Of a stretch of 64,000 bases of DNA, positions 9,308 through 19,630 are shown piece by piece. The position numbers were made by a program, and so were the translations under genes. The notes under the pieces were generated by a model. That model saw only the letters and a program-made list of their open reading frames with translations. It was not told the DNA's origin and did no database searches. Source of the DNA: a virus; IMG/VR virus record IMGVR_UViG_3300046002_006949, positions 4,045-68,044 of that record. One strand, written 5' to 3'. Each line of letters starts with the position of its first letter. Positions within the stretch are counted from its first letter, which is position 1.

Positions 9308-9838
9308 ATGTCATGTAACATTCAGATGAATTTGGGCCAGGTCGACATTGTCGAAGACGATCGGTATCTGGGAGTCGTCAAACGATTCGCAGACATTAAC
9401 CGCGACTCCGCGGTAAACTGGTATCCTGAGTCCGCAGCCAACCTGAAGGCAGTGTTCGTGAAGAACGACTCAGGTGGAACGCTTGCGAGCGGCCTCGGTG
9501 TCACGTACAAGGCTGGTGGAGTCGGCAAGACGATCGGTGCTCTGAGTGGTGCCAACCTTCGCTGTGACGGCGTGGTTGACCCATTCCTCGGTGCAGCCGT
9601 AACCGTTGCCAACGGTTCATACTTCTGGCTGATCATCGAAGGTCCAATCGACGTTGAAGTCGGTGCTGGCGACTTGACCAGCCTCGGTGTTGTTCAGACT
9701 CTGGCCAGCGGCAAGTTCGGAACCGGTACTGCCGGTACGAACTCTGTGGGTCACTCTGGTATCTCGGCCGAAGCCGGTTCTTCTGGTGGTCGGGCCCGTG
9801 TGTTCTTCAACAACCCGTTCTCAGCCTACAAGGGCTGA
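9308..9838 (+). CDS. Capsid decoration/cement-like protein
   Basis: Gly-rich beta protein directly after MCP (DGVVDPFL..GSYFWLIIEGP). Confidence 0.55.
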   Translation: MSCNIQMNLGQVDIVEDDRYLGVVKRFADINRDSAVNWYPESAANLKAVFVKNDSGGTLASGLGVTYKAGGVGKTIGALSGANLRCDGVVDPFLGAAVTVANGSYFWLIIEGPIDVEVGAGDLTSLGVVQTLASGKFGTGTAGTNSVGHSGISAEAGSSGGRARVFFNNPFSAYKG

Positions 9839-9850
9839 TATGCGTCAAAC

Positions 9851-10036
9851 ATGTCGTACGTCGATTGCGGCGTACGACGGTTTTACTTTTGCCTCACGGC
9901 TACGAAGGGTGGTGATCCTAACATGAACGTCTTGCCTCCAAGTCCTCCTGCAGGTATCCACAGTACTCAGACCGTCCAAACGGTTCAGCCCGGTAACCCG
10001 ATCCAGGTCACGCTGACTCCGAACACTCGGAAGTAA
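9851..10036 (+). CDS. Small hypothetical protein
   Basis: Fills the gap in the operon; start uncertain. Confidence 0.35.
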   Translation: MSYVDCGVRRFYFCLTATKGGDPNMNVLPPSPPAGIHSTQTVQTVQPGNPIQVTLTPNTRK

Positions 10037-10037
10037 A

Positions 10038-10715
10038 ATGGCTGACAGTCAAAAAGAATCGAAGGGGCAGGCAGGCTCGACTTGCCTGCCCCTTTCTGTT
10101 TTCCCGGGACGCACAATCTGCACAGGCCCGTGCGGACTACCGGTACGAGATGTCTCCCCCAGAGGTTTCTGTATGACATGCGAAGACAACACAAAGGCAG
10201 CAGGCACCATCGCTGTCCTGGCCGCTCAGCTCCCCAAGAAGGGCTTCAGAGACGCCATCAACGAAGTCAGGCGTAACAGCCAGCCTATGTCGCTCGCCAT
10301 CGCTGACGCGGCTATGGCGGAGCTTGGAGGAGAGGCTGAGCTGGGCCGGATGATCGTGAGGGATCTTCGGCAGGTGAAGGGAGATCATCTCCCCGATGAC
10401 CTGAAGGCATTCCACGATGTTGACTGGAAGGTCGCCAAAGGTCTCACCGAGATCCTCGTCAAGCTGGCGGCTGACAGGGACAAGCTGGTTGGTGAGACCG
10501 CGGACCCACTGGCTGACGTGTCAGAAGGCGACCTCATGGCGATCGCAAGCCAGGCTGCGTTGCTACAGATCGAGACAGACGAAGAGTTCCGGTTGAAGAT
10601 CCTCGACATGATCGTAGACATCGATCCGGAGATGGTGTTGCAGGCGGCTGGCAGAGCAATCGACAGGTTAGAGTCAGGCCCAAAGGTGGAGGTTATCGAT
10701 GCCAAGTTTACTTGA
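10038..10715 (+). CDS. Putative terminase small subunit
   Basis: Helical 225-aa protein with an N-terminal Cys cluster upstream of TerL; assigned by position. Confidence 0.45.
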   Translation: MADSQKESKGQAGSTCLPLSVFPGRTICTGPCGLPVRDVSPRGFCMTCEDNTKAAGTIAVLAAQLPKKGFRDAINEVRRNSQPMSLAIADAAMAELGGEAELGRMIVRDLRQVKGDHLPDDLKAFHDVDWKVAKGLTEILVKLAADRDKLVGETADPLADVSEGDLMAIASQAALLQIETDEEFRLKILDMIVDIDPEMVLQAAGRAIDRLESGPKVEVIDAKFT

Positions 10716-12972
10716 TATTCTCGGCTACGCTGGCAACGCTCTCGACCTCCCGGGTTCTTCCGTACGCGACCTGTTGACCGGCAACAATCCGTTCGACCAG
10801 TGGCTCACACCGTTCTCGGATGGGAACCGTGCGACAGGCCGAGACGTACTTCACGCCCGCTTCGGTGTCAGTGAGAACGAAGAGACCGGCATGTCCGGCT
10901 GGCTCGACAACCCGATGGAGGGTGTCAAAGACATCGCCGGGTTCGGGGCGGAGATGCTGCTCGACCCGACGAATCTGATCCCCGGTGGTGCGATCCTCAA
11001 AGCTCTGAAAGGTCGTAAGGCGGCCAAGGTTGCGAACGCCGGGATAGACGCAGAGAACCTTGCGAACGCTGGCAAGTACTCTATGGTGAATCCGAAGGTG
11101 GCGGGGCGGCCAGAAGTTCCCACCAGCCCTACGCTACCAGAGGGTATTCCGGAACTTCAGCCAGGTTTCGCACGGGCGGTACATTGGGCTTCGCCGGAGA
11201 ATGTCGATCAGATCAGAGAGTCAGGTCTTGACTACAGCCGCCAAGGGATGCTGTCCAGTACGGCTCAAGTATGGGGCGATGGTAGTAAGGTCAACTACTC
11301 GCCTCCGAATGACCCACGATTCAGCGGGGGTCAGGCAGTAATCTTCGACTTCCCGGAAGGCGAACTGAGACTCCACGATAACATCGCCAGAAGCCCTGGA
11401 GTACTGGACCCGAAGTACTTCGTCGGGGCAGTACCGGGACCCAAGCCCCAGCCTAAGAACCCGATGACGGCTGCCCCGAACTGGAAAGATCAGGTTGCGG
11501 ACTTGGAGTCGCGGAAGGACGACCTCCTATACTCAGCGGGGGCTTACGAAGAGAACATGGGTGCTGGGGTACTCTTCGACGAGATATCTATTGCGAGGGG
11601 GGAGGGTCTCACAGATGGCACTATGGCATCACTTGACAGAGCAGGGTACCGAGCTGAGTACGACGACCTATCACGTCAGGTAGAGTCACTACGTGCAGAG
11701 AACCCGATGAAGCGTCTCGGGTACACACCGGGCGGCGAAGACCCGATGTTCCCCGGCAAGGAGACTATGCACCACGGCGGGCACGACATGTCAGCCTCCG
11801 CCACAGAGCAGCACCCGTACGGCATATTCGACCTCGGTAGACTCAAGACCGGGGAGGGAGCGAACATCTTTAGTCCCGGGGCGTACAAGGCAGACGTGGA
11901 GGCAACTTCCGCCAGGTATCAAGAAATAGTACAGGACAAGCTGGACGAGGAGTTCTACCGAGGTGAATCCGCTTTGGCCAAGTACTTTGAACCCGGGAAG
12001 ACTTTACTTCAGGGGTATATGGGGGAACGGGTTGATCGTGTTCTAGAGTTCAAACCCGGAGGTAACGGGGAGCAGTGGGCTGTAAAAGTACAAGGCATGG
12101 CGGAGGACAGTCAAGGAGTGTACCGGCCCTCAGGACAGCCGAGATGGCACTCGACGGTGCCCGATAGACCTGAGATGTATAAACTCCTCGGAAAGAACCC
12201 CAACCGGGCGAGGCTCTACAAGTACGACACCCCGTTGGGGACCAAGGATAGCTTCATGAAGTGGGAGGGTGGGATACATGATCAACCGCCTGCCGCCCAG
12301 GAGTTCATAAATTCAAACCCAACGGTACAGAAGTTTGACCAGTACGCCAGCCTGCAAGAGAACACCGATGCTGCACGGCGTGAGATTGCCACGTTAAAGA
12401 AGCAGTACGGGATAGACCCGCTCACCCCGGTGAAGGACGGGGACCCTACGCCACTTCTTGAGGCAAGACGACGGCTACAGGAATCGATACAGGGGGAACT
12501 CGCCTTTAAAGCCGAGATGACGGGGACCGGGGGAATCCATCCGTACTACTTTGATCAGATGGCGGATAAGCTGTGGACCGGTGAGGACTTGGCCCAAGTG
12601 CTAATGGGTAACCGTCCAGCCGACGCAACACTCGCTGATACAGCGGGCTTGAAGGCGGCAGGTGTACCGGGAATGAAGAACCTCGCCGGGTCCACGAGGG
12701 GCCAGACGTACAACTATGCAATCTGGGATCAAGACCTCCTCAACCAGATGCGAGTCCGAGAGATCGACGGGCAGCGGATGCCGATCAACCCAACCACGAT
12801 GGTGGAGCAGCAGGCCGTACCAGCTCGCCGAGGTATCGCTGAGGACGACCTGCTGGATATGACAAACCCGATGCGAGAGAAGATGGAAGTGCCGAACGCG
12901 ATGAAACCAATCGTGGCGGGGGCGGTGTTCCACCTGTTGGCACGGCAGAACAATTATGGGGGTGCGTTTTGA
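10699..12972 (+). CDS. Polyvalent putative injected protein with ADP-ribosyltransferase-like domains
   Basis: HWASPENVDQIRESGL (ART-like); HHGG..FDLGRLKTGEGANIFSPGAY, RLYKYD, GVPGMKNL..NYAIWD (ART-PolyVal-like); N-terminus paralogous to 32758..37440. Confidence 0.65.
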   Translation: MPSLLDILGYAGNALDLPGSSVRDLLTGNNPFDQWLTPFSDGNRATGRDVLHARFGVSENEETGMSGWLDNPMEGVKDIAGFGAEMLLDPTNLIPGGAILKALKGRKAAKVANAGIDAENLANAGKYSMVNPKVAGRPEVPTSPTLPEGIPELQPGFARAVHWASPENVDQIRESGLDYSRQGMLSSTAQVWGDGSKVNYSPPNDPRFSGGQAVIFDFPEGELRLHDNIARSPGVLDPKYFVGAVPGPKPQPKNPMTAAPNWKDQVADLESRKDDLLYSAGAYEENMGAGVLFDEISIARGEGLTDGTMASLDRAGYRAEYDDLSRQVESLRAENPMKRLGYTPGGEDPMFPGKETMHHGGHDMSASATEQHPYGIFDLGRLKTGEGANIFSPGAYKADVEATSARYQEIVQDKLDEEFYRGESALAKYFEPGKTLLQGYMGERVDRVLEFKPGGNGEQWAVKVQGMAEDSQGVYRPSGQPRWHSTVPDRPEMYKLLGKNPNRARLYKYDTPLGTKDSFMKWEGGIHDQPPAAQEFINSNPTVQKFDQYASLQENTDAARREIATLKKQYGIDPLTPVKDGDPTPLLEARRRLQESIQGELAFKAEMTGTGGIHPYYFDQMADKLWTGEDLAQVLMGNRPADATLADTAGLKAAGVPGMKNLAGSTRGQTYNYAIWDQDLLNQMRVREIDGQRMPINPTTMVEQQAVPARRGIAEDDLLDMTNPMREKMEVPNAMKPIVAGAVFHLLARQNNYGGAF

Positions 12973-14741
12973 GCGATGATATCAAAGACAAGATCCGTCA
13001 GGCACTGAGGGATAGACAAGACACGCAGATCGGTCTGGCCGCCGCGGCCAAGCTGGCAAAGGCCAAGGTCGATGCACTGGAGATCTTCAGACCTACAGAG
13101 TACCAGGAGGCGGTAGTCACCTGCGACACGTCCGAGACTCTGGTTCAAGGGGGTACACGATCAGGTAAGTCCACCATCGTGGCCGCCATGATTGCCTCGT
13201 ACCTCCGCAACAAACCTATCACGTTCGCAGACGGATCGAAGCACGAGTGTCGTGAGCCCGGATGGAAGGAACGCCCTGTCAACGTCTGGCTTGTCGGTCT
13301 GCAGCTCAACCACATCGGGCAGACCATCTATCGACTGCTTTGCAAGCCTGGTGCGTTCGACATGGTTCGAGACGGTAAGACCGGACTGTGGAGAGCCTGG
13401 CAGCCCGGCCGTATCCCCGGCGATGATCAGATCCCGGTACAGGATCGTAAGCCGGCGCCACCCCTGATCCCACCATCGGAGATCGAGAAGGAGTCATGGT
13501 CAAACAAGGCAGCCTTCCAGTTCGATTCATTGATCATGAAAGACGGGTCGACGGTCTACGCGTTCGCTTCATCAGGTGCGGTGAAACGAGGGGACCCTGT
13601 CAACATCATCTGGATTGACGAAGAGATTGAGAACAGCGAGCACTACCCAGAATGGCAGTCTCGACTGTCGGACAGGAAAGGTCGGATCTTCTGGACGTCG
13701 TGGCCGAACGCCTCGACACCAGCTCTGCTGAATCTGTACCGGAGGTGTGAAGCCCAGCGTGAAGAAGTCCAGCTCGGCACCCGCAAGAAAGCCGACGTCA
13801 CGAACTTCATCTTCATGGGTTCGAAGTCCCCCTTCGTGGATGACGACGAGAAGCGGAAGCGAGCCGAGGGCTGGACCGAAGAACAACTCCGTGCCCGCGA
13901 TTACGGTCAGTTCGTGGTCGACAACATCCTTGCCTACCCCGAATTCGATCGGCGGATTCACTGTGTTGACTACGGCGACGGTAGCCCGCTCAACGACAAG
14001 GTCACGGACGCGATGCGTCGGTTGAACTGGAACGTACCTCCGGATTGGTGCGTCGACCTGATCCTCGACCCAGGTACCGCCCGGCCGGCCCTGCTCTGGG
14101 TGGCCATACCGCCCGAGTCTTTCTGGCATGACGAAGAACCCTACCACATCGTGTTCCGCGAGATGGCGGTGCCCCGTATCCACGCGGGAGAGATGGCCCG
14201 CCGGGCTAAGGCAGTCGACCCTTTTCGATACTATTCCCGGTTTATCGGGGACGCCAAGGCTGGTGACCAGACCCCGATGGGGCACGCACACACGGTTTTT
14301 CAGAACTACGAAATGGAGTTCAAGAAGGCGGGCTTGCAATGTCAACTCACAGGCGGTATGTTTCTCAGGGGTGAGACTGTCTGGATTAACAGGTCGCTGA
14401 AACTCCGGACGCTTATGCAGGTCAGACACGGCTGCGGCAAGCCTCGGCTCCGCATCGTGGCTCATGCTTGTCCGACATTGATTCGTCAGCTTGAGACACT
14501 GGTCAAGGCTGTCACCAAGGAGGATGTGCAGGACAAACTTGCGTCTGGTCAAACCCATGACCAAGTCGACACTTTGGAGTACTACGCTGGGTTCAACCCG
14601 AAATTTCTCGGTCCACCTCCCGGCTACGTTCCTAAAGACCCAGGTCTCCTGATGTGGGAGGCTGACCAGAAGTTCCTGACAGAACGTTTCACCCAGAAGA
14701 AATCTGCCAGCAGTGGTCAGATAGTTCTTGGAATTCCATAA
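12969..14741 (+). CDS. terL: Terminase large subunit
   Basis: GGTRSGKS Walker A, IIWIDEE Walker B, LILDPG nuclease Asp, C-terminal HDQVDTLEY. Confidence 0.92.
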   Translation: MSDDIKDKIRQALRDRQDTQIGLAAAAKLAKAKVDALEIFRPTEYQEAVVTCDTSETLVQGGTRSGKSTIVAAMIASYLRNKPITFADGSKHECREPGWKERPVNVWLVGLQLNHIGQTIYRLLCKPGAFDMVRDGKTGLWRAWQPGRIPGDDQIPVQDRKPAPPLIPPSEIEKESWSNKAAFQFDSLIMKDGSTVYAFASSGAVKRGDPVNIIWIDEEIENSEHYPEWQSRLSDRKGRIFWTSWPNASTPALLNLYRRCEAQREEVQLGTRKKADVTNFIFMGSKSPFVDDDEKRKRAEGWTEEQLRARDYGQFVVDNILAYPEFDRRIHCVDYGDGSPLNDKVTDAMRRLNWNVPPDWCVDLILDPGTARPALLWVAIPPESFWHDEEPYHIVFREMAVPRIHAGEMARRAKAVDPFRYYSRFIGDAKAGDQTPMGHAHTVFQNYEMEFKKAGLQCQLTGGMFLRGETVWINRSLKLRTLMQVRHGCGKPRLRIVAHACPTLIRQLETLVKAVTKEDVQDKLASGQTHDQVDTLEYYAGFNPKFLGPPPGYVPKDPGLLMWEADQKFLTERFTQKKSASSGQIVLGIP

Positions 14742-14755
14742 CCCCCGGACGTGCT

Positions 14756-15064
14756 ATGAAAACGAGAGACATTGTTCGACAGGTAGTCATCGACCAGAAC
14801 CCTCACACAGTCTGGATCGGTGACACGGTGTGGTGGTGTGCTCAGGGTCAGACAGACAACGTTCCGGCGGTGGCCACGGTCACAGACTTCTGCGGGGACA
14901 ACATGGTCGACCTGACATACAATACGCCACACAGCACTGGCAAGCTGCAGGTCCTGAAGGGCGTATGCCTTCTCGGCGATGAGCGGTTGAAGAATCAGAA
15001 CTACCGATCCAAGGGAGCTTGGCTCCCACGTACGGCCTTTGCGATGCTGCAGATCAAGGATTGA
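14756..15064 (+). CDS. Hypothetical protein
   Basis: ORF between TerL and portal. Confidence 0.7.
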   Translation: MKTRDIVRQVVIDQNPHTVWIGDTVWWCAQGQTDNVPAVATVTDFCGDNMVDLTYNTPHSTGKLQVLKGVCLLGDERLKNQNYRSKGAWLPRTAFAMLQIKD

Positions 15065-15070
15065 CGGTAA

Positions 15071-17242
15071 ATGCAACCTCTCGACATGGAACAACTGCAG
15101 CGATACGTTCTCGGCCCATTGGTTAACCAGTGGTTCGCCCGGTTCGGTGCTGCAGAGAAGTCGAAAGAGCGTTTCAACGTCATGGCAAAGCTGTGCCGGC
15201 AATTCCTTGGCAGCTCAGCCAAGACGATGTGGGAGGACTCATTCCGTAAAGAGTTCTACCCATCGGTCAGCCAGCCTCAGTTCATGGTCAGCCTGAACAA
15301 GGCGTTCGAGCTGGTCGCCATCATCGGCCCCAGCTTGTACTGGCAGAACCCCACCCGAGAAGTCAAGACGGCAGACACTCCGGACCAAGTACAGATCGCA
15401 CAGATCCTTGGCCAGAATGACCCGGCCCTGTTGGAGCAGATCCAGCAGGAGCAGCAGATGACCGAGGCTCAACGCACGATGCGTAACAGTCTCGCCACTG
15501 TCGTCATGGAGTACATCGGTCGACAGCATCCCGGGTCCGTCAAGTCCACGTACGAGATGATCGTTAAGGACGCTCTCGTTACTGGACGTGGCTGCGGTTG
15601 GACAGAGACGTACCCAGACAGGGCCACGGGGGCCGCCTGCGTGGGAACATTCTACGCCCCAGTCGACGACCTGCTGATTGACCCGGATGCAACAGACCCA
15701 CTATGGGGGGACGTCAACTGGATCTCCCGACGACACGTCGAAGAAGCATGGATCGTTGAACGACGGTTCGGCTACCCGCCCGGGTACCTGCACAATCGGG
15801 GCACGCATACATCGCAGGAGTTCGGTGCGACACAGAACCGCAACGAAGAACTCTACAAGAACCGCGTTGAGTGGTATGAGGTCTGGTCAACGGGCGGTAT
15901 CGGTTCACGAATCACAGGTATTCAGGGGGAGATGGGTCAGGCGATTGACCAGCTTGCAGGCGACAATTGTTACCTATGCCTCTGCCGAACAGTTCCACAC
16001 CCACTGAACCTTCCCCCATCGCTGGTCAACAACGGCACGCCAGAACAGATCGTGGAGATGCTGCGATGGCGTACGTCCCGGTTCGGCTCGATCTTCGAGG
16101 TTCATAAGGACCGTAAGTGGCCAGTCGAGGTTATGGACTTTTACCCGATCAACAATACACCGTGGCCGATGGCAGTCCTTGGCCCCGGCATCGGCTCACT
16201 GCTGGCGATGAACGTACTGCTGGTCACTCACCTTGAGATGAGTTGGGACCGTCGACGGGATATCATCGCCATCTACAACGGGTACGAGCAAGAGGTTGAG
16301 TCCGCAATCAAGAGCGAGGCCAACCCGGCGATTATCAAGATCAACCCGGTCAGCAATGTGCGAGTCCAGGATGTCGTGTCGTTCCTGACACGACCAGAGG
16401 TGCAGGGCAATCTGCTGGAGTGGATGCAGTACCTCGACAACCAATTCCAGATGGCGACAGGACTCGACGATATCCACTACGGTGTCAGTCAGAAGCAGGC
16501 ACGCGTGCAGGCCGACGTACAGGCCAAACAGTCGGCCTCCAACGTCCGTCCTGAGAAGATGGGCACCGACGTTCATAAGTTCGTGGTCAACGTCTCCACG
16601 AAGGAGCTGTGGCTTTCAGCGATGTACATGAAAGGCCAACAGCTTCAGGGACTACTCGGCCCGTGGGGTGCGATGGCGTGGGATACCCTACTCGGGTCAT
16701 TACCATTCGAGGAGCTTTGCCGCGAGGTAGAGATCTGGGTCGAAGCCACGGATCTGAAGCGGCCAAACCGCGACAAGGATATGTCCGACCTGGAGATGAT
16801 CGCACCGTTCATGATCCCGGCAGCACAGAAGTACGCCGAGCTGACAGGTGACGAGAAAGTTCTCAATGCCTTCCTCGCCCGGTTCGGAGAAGCCGCTCAG
16901 ATCAAGGACGTAGAGGACTTCTTCTTTGGTCCTTGGCGGCCGGCACCAGACGAGGCCACGATGCAAGCTCAGCAGCAGATGGCGATGCTGCAGTCTCAGA
17001 AACTTGAGGCCGACACTGAAGAGACCAAGGCAAAGACTGTTGCCAGATTGGTTGACGCCCAGTATAAACAGCAAGGAGCCACGGCACCTTCCTCACAGAA
17101 GATGCAGTGGAACGAGATGTTTAATCAGCAGAAGGTTCGTATGCAGGAGGAGGCTCACCTGCAGAAACTGGTTCACCTGCAGGAGCAGCAGGACATTCAG
17201 GCCGAGGCGGCCCGTAACAAACCCAAACCCGGAGGTAAGTAA
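15071..17242 (+). CDS. Portal protein
   Basis: 723 aa after TerL; DALVTGRGCGW, DDLLIDPDA, ATGLDDIHYG and a Q-rich C-terminal coiled coil (P22-like portal pattern). Confidence 0.85.
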   Translation: MQPLDMEQLQRYVLGPLVNQWFARFGAAEKSKERFNVMAKLCRQFLGSSAKTMWEDSFRKEFYPSVSQPQFMVSLNKAFELVAIIGPSLYWQNPTREVKTADTPDQVQIAQILGQNDPALLEQIQQEQQMTEAQRTMRNSLATVVMEYIGRQHPGSVKSTYEMIVKDALVTGRGCGWTETYPDRATGAACVGTFYAPVDDLLIDPDATDPLWGDVNWISRRHVEEAWIVERRFGYPPGYLHNRGTHTSQEFGATQNRNEELYKNRVEWYEVWSTGGIGSRITGIQGEMGQAIDQLAGDNCYLCLCRTVPHPLNLPPSLVNNGTPEQIVEMLRWRTSRFGSIFEVHKDRKWPVEVMDFYPINNTPWPMAVLGPGIGSLLAMNVLLVTHLEMSWDRRRDIIAIYNGYEQEVESAIKSEANPAIIKINPVSNVRVQDVVSFLTRPEVQGNLLEWMQYLDNQFQMATGLDDIHYGVSQKQARVQADVQAKQSASNVRPEKMGTDVHKFVVNVSTKELWLSAMYMKGQQLQGLLGPWGAMAWDTLLGSLPFEELCREVEIWVEATDLKRPNRDKDMSDLEMIAPFMIPAAQKYAELTGDEKVLNAFLARFGEAAQIKDVEDFFFGPWRPAPDEATMQAQQQMAMLQSQKLEADTEETKAKTVARLVDAQYKQQGATAPSSQKMQWNEMFNQQKVRMQEEAHLQKLVHLQEQQDIQAEAARNKPKPGGK

Positions 17243-17469
17243 TGCTATCAGCGATTGAGAAGTCCGCCCTTGAGCTGATGCTGAGAGAAAAACTCGGCAG
17301 TGGCGTCGGTACGTCGGCTCTGCTGAAGGTCTTGATGTCTGTGGTCGACTCCTACGTCCCGCCATACGAGTCGATACCGGTTGCGGACCTTGAACCTGTG
17401 CTGGAGGTTGATGAACTCCACCCGGTGTTCGAGCGACCCGAAGTCGTTGTTACGGAATCCTCACCATGA
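17242..17469 (+). CDS. Hypothetical protein
   Basis: TAATG overlap with the portal; GGAGG RBS. Confidence 0.65.
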   Translation: MLSAIEKSALELMLREKLGSGVGTSALLKVLMSVVDSYVPPYESIPVADLEPVLEVDELHPVFERPEVVVTESSP

Positions 17470-18107
17470 GTGAAGAACGCTTCCCCACCAGACGAGAAAA
17501 CATGGAGTGGATGGCTGTGCAGGACGCAGGCCCCTACGCCATCGAAGCCTTCGAACGGATGCTCGACAACGGTGAGTCCGTCTCTATGGCGGCTCAGCTT
17601 GCAACACGATCTCCACCAAAGACCGGCGTTGACGACCGGATGCTCAGTAAGAACACCAAGTCTGTCACTGAGCAGTTCAAAGGTTGTGAGCCGATGCTGG
17701 CTCTCTACCGGAACATGTATCAGCAGAAGACTGGTGAGAGACTTCCAGAGGATGCTGTCGTCTACCGCGGGTTGGCCAAGTACCCAGGAGACCCGGACTG
17801 CATCGTTACCCACAAGCATTCGCTGTCGGACGTGAAACGCAAGATGCGTGACCGTAACGAACACATCGAAGGTGACTGGGAGAACCACCCGGTTCAGCAA
17901 TGTCCAAAGGGGCAAGAGGTCGCCATGTCTGACATGGTGATGAACCGGTACAAGTCTGAGTACCGAGCACTGCCTGACTTCGAGGATGTGGCTGAGAAAG
18001 ATCTCGAAGCAGAGATCCTTCACAACCACTCCCGCCCGATGAGCGGTGAAGACCTGATGAGTGTGGCGACCGACCTCGACACTGTTGTAAAGAAGAACTT
18101 CGGATGA
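17466..18107 (+). CDS. Hypothetical protein
   Basis: ATGA overlaps, 213 aa. Confidence 0.75.
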   Translation: MSEERFPTRRENMEWMAVQDAGPYAIEAFERMLDNGESVSMAAQLATRSPPKTGVDDRMLSKNTKSVTEQFKGCEPMLALYRNMYQQKTGERLPEDAVVYRGLAKYPGDPDCIVTHKHSLSDVKRKMRDRNEHIEGDWENHPVQQCPKGQEVAMSDMVMNRYKSEYRALPDFEDVAEKDLEAEILHNHSRPMSGEDLMSVATDLDTVVKKNFG

Positions 18108-19267
18108 TCACTGTCGACGATATGATGTCTCACATGTCTATCCAAATCAACCAGCCGCTCAGCGGCTGGCTTGAGGGGAAAGTACGGAACGCAGTGCTTG
18201 CTGCCTGGGCGCGTCTGATGTCCCTTCATGAGTGGGCTTACTTCCACCGGATGGGATCTATCATCACGTACGCGGGTCAGACCACAGGCACCGTGGACTT
18301 CGTATTGTCGACACGGCAGGTAACCCTGACGGACGCGACGTGGCCGACAAACGCTACGTCTCGTCACATCCGGATTGACCACAACTGGTACCCGATCTAT
18401 CGACGTATCAGCAGCACCGTTATCGAACTGTTCGAGGGTAAACACCCGGCAGCAGATATGACGGACGAATCGTACGTCATACAGCAGGTCGTGTATCCGC
18501 TGCCGCAAGACGTCGGTGATATCCTGCAGGTAATTGAGAGCCGGCAGAACACACAGCTCGTTAGGCTCGACATCATTGAAGCCTTCGAACTGCAGGAGGG
18601 GTTTGCCTGGTCACCGATCCTACCGACCAGGTACGCCCTCATCGGCGATTCAAATAATCCTCAGCGGTGGAACCTGTGGATTCCAACCCAGCAAACGGAA
18701 GACACCGTTCTGCAGTACATGTACAAAGCGCGGAGACCCAGCGATGTCCTTGTTAGAGAAGCTCGTGGAACGGTTTCGGTTACAGGCGGAGTGGCAACGT
18801 TTTCTGAAGACGTGGTTACGACCCTGTGGAGTGGGGCCAACGTCCTGCTGAGAATCGCCAGCAACGATACGACGACTCCGACAGGTGCTTGGGGTGACAC
18901 TCAGGCCGGTGACATCAGGTTCGACCGGAACTGCAACGAGGTGAGAGTTCTTGAACGTCTCACATCCACTACGTGCCGCATTTCCAACACAACTTTGGTG
19001 GTGGACGATGTATCGTTCGCAGCCTCCAGTCTCATCGACACTGGTGATGCGACGATGGAGATTTTGGTAGCAAGACTTGCGGAGGATGAATACGGTGCGA
19101 AACCTGTGGGGAATCATAACGAACTTCTTGTTTCGAAAACACGACTTGCTTCAGCCTTCCTCGAAGCAAAGTCTGCCGACGCCAGACGCGTACGAAACAA
19201 GTCCGCTGTTGCGAAGTGGTACGGTATGCGGCTCCAGGACATTGGATATTCCACCGCAGGTACCTGA
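18104..19267 (+). CDS. Head-tail adaptor-like protein
   Basis: N-terminal helices ending HEWAYF, then YPLPQD and LWIP..LQYMY motifs typical of adaptor/tubular-A proteins. Confidence 0.55.
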   Translation: MITVDDMMSHMSIQINQPLSGWLEGKVRNAVLAAWARLMSLHEWAYFHRMGSIITYAGQTTGTVDFVLSTRQVTLTDATWPTNATSRHIRIDHNWYPIYRRISSTVIELFEGKHPAADMTDESYVIQQVVYPLPQDVGDILQVIESRQNTQLVRLDIIEAFELQEGFAWSPILPTRYALIGDSNNPQRWNLWIPTQQTEDTVLQYMYKARRPSDVLVREARGTVSVTGGVATFSEDVVTTLWSGANVLLRIASNDTTTPTGAWGDTQAGDIRFDRNCNEVRVLERLTSTTCRISNTTLVVDDVSFAASSLIDTGDATMEILVARLAEDEYGAKPVGNHNELLVSKTRLASAFLEAKSADARRVRNKSAVAKWYGMRLQDIGYSTAGT

Positions 19268-19457
19268 GCTTGAATGGATCACAACGGAAGACCTGGCGAC
19301 TGAGATTCTTCGGCGGAGTGATGCCGGTATCATAATTACTGTTTCGCGTTTGGTGCCAGACCGGGACACGATGGGTATCTACAAGAGGGGGTGCCTTGAG
19401 CAGACGCTCCTGATACTCCATGCCGCAGCCAACTCGATCGTGAAGGAGGAGATGTGA
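19242..19457 (+). CDS. Small hypothetical protein
   Basis: TTG start; GTGA overlap with the next ORF. Confidence 0.5.
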   Translation: MDIPPQVPELEWITTEDLATEILRRSDAGIIITVSRLVPDRDTMGIYKRGCLEQTLLILHAAANSIVKEEM

Positions 19458-19630
19458 GTTTGAAACGTATAAGGTGCGAAGTGCTGAAGGTCGAGTGGGT
19501 AAAGGAAGACCGGCACAACAAGACATTGGTCCAGCCTCTGGCAGAAACGGCAGGACCCACAGAAGACCCAGTAGAGGTGCGATTCCCGCACCGCACTGAA
19601 CCTGGTGACATTGTTTGGATTATGCGATGA
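19454..19630 (+). CDS. Small hypothetical protein (58 aa, not in the ORF track)
   Basis: AGGAGGAG RBS, GTG start, ATGA overlap with the next gene; VSLKRIRCEVLKVEW...DIVWIMR. Confidence 0.6.
   Translation: MSLKRIRCEVLKVEWVKEDRHNKTLVQPLAETAGPTEDPVEVRFPHRTEPGDIVWIMR

Noticed and set aside
13572-14564. Long antisense ORFs (also 28924-29919, 36576-37769, 48312-49169, 1434-2183)
   Set aside because: Shadow frames opposite well-supported genes in GC-rich DNA, with no motifs or RBS
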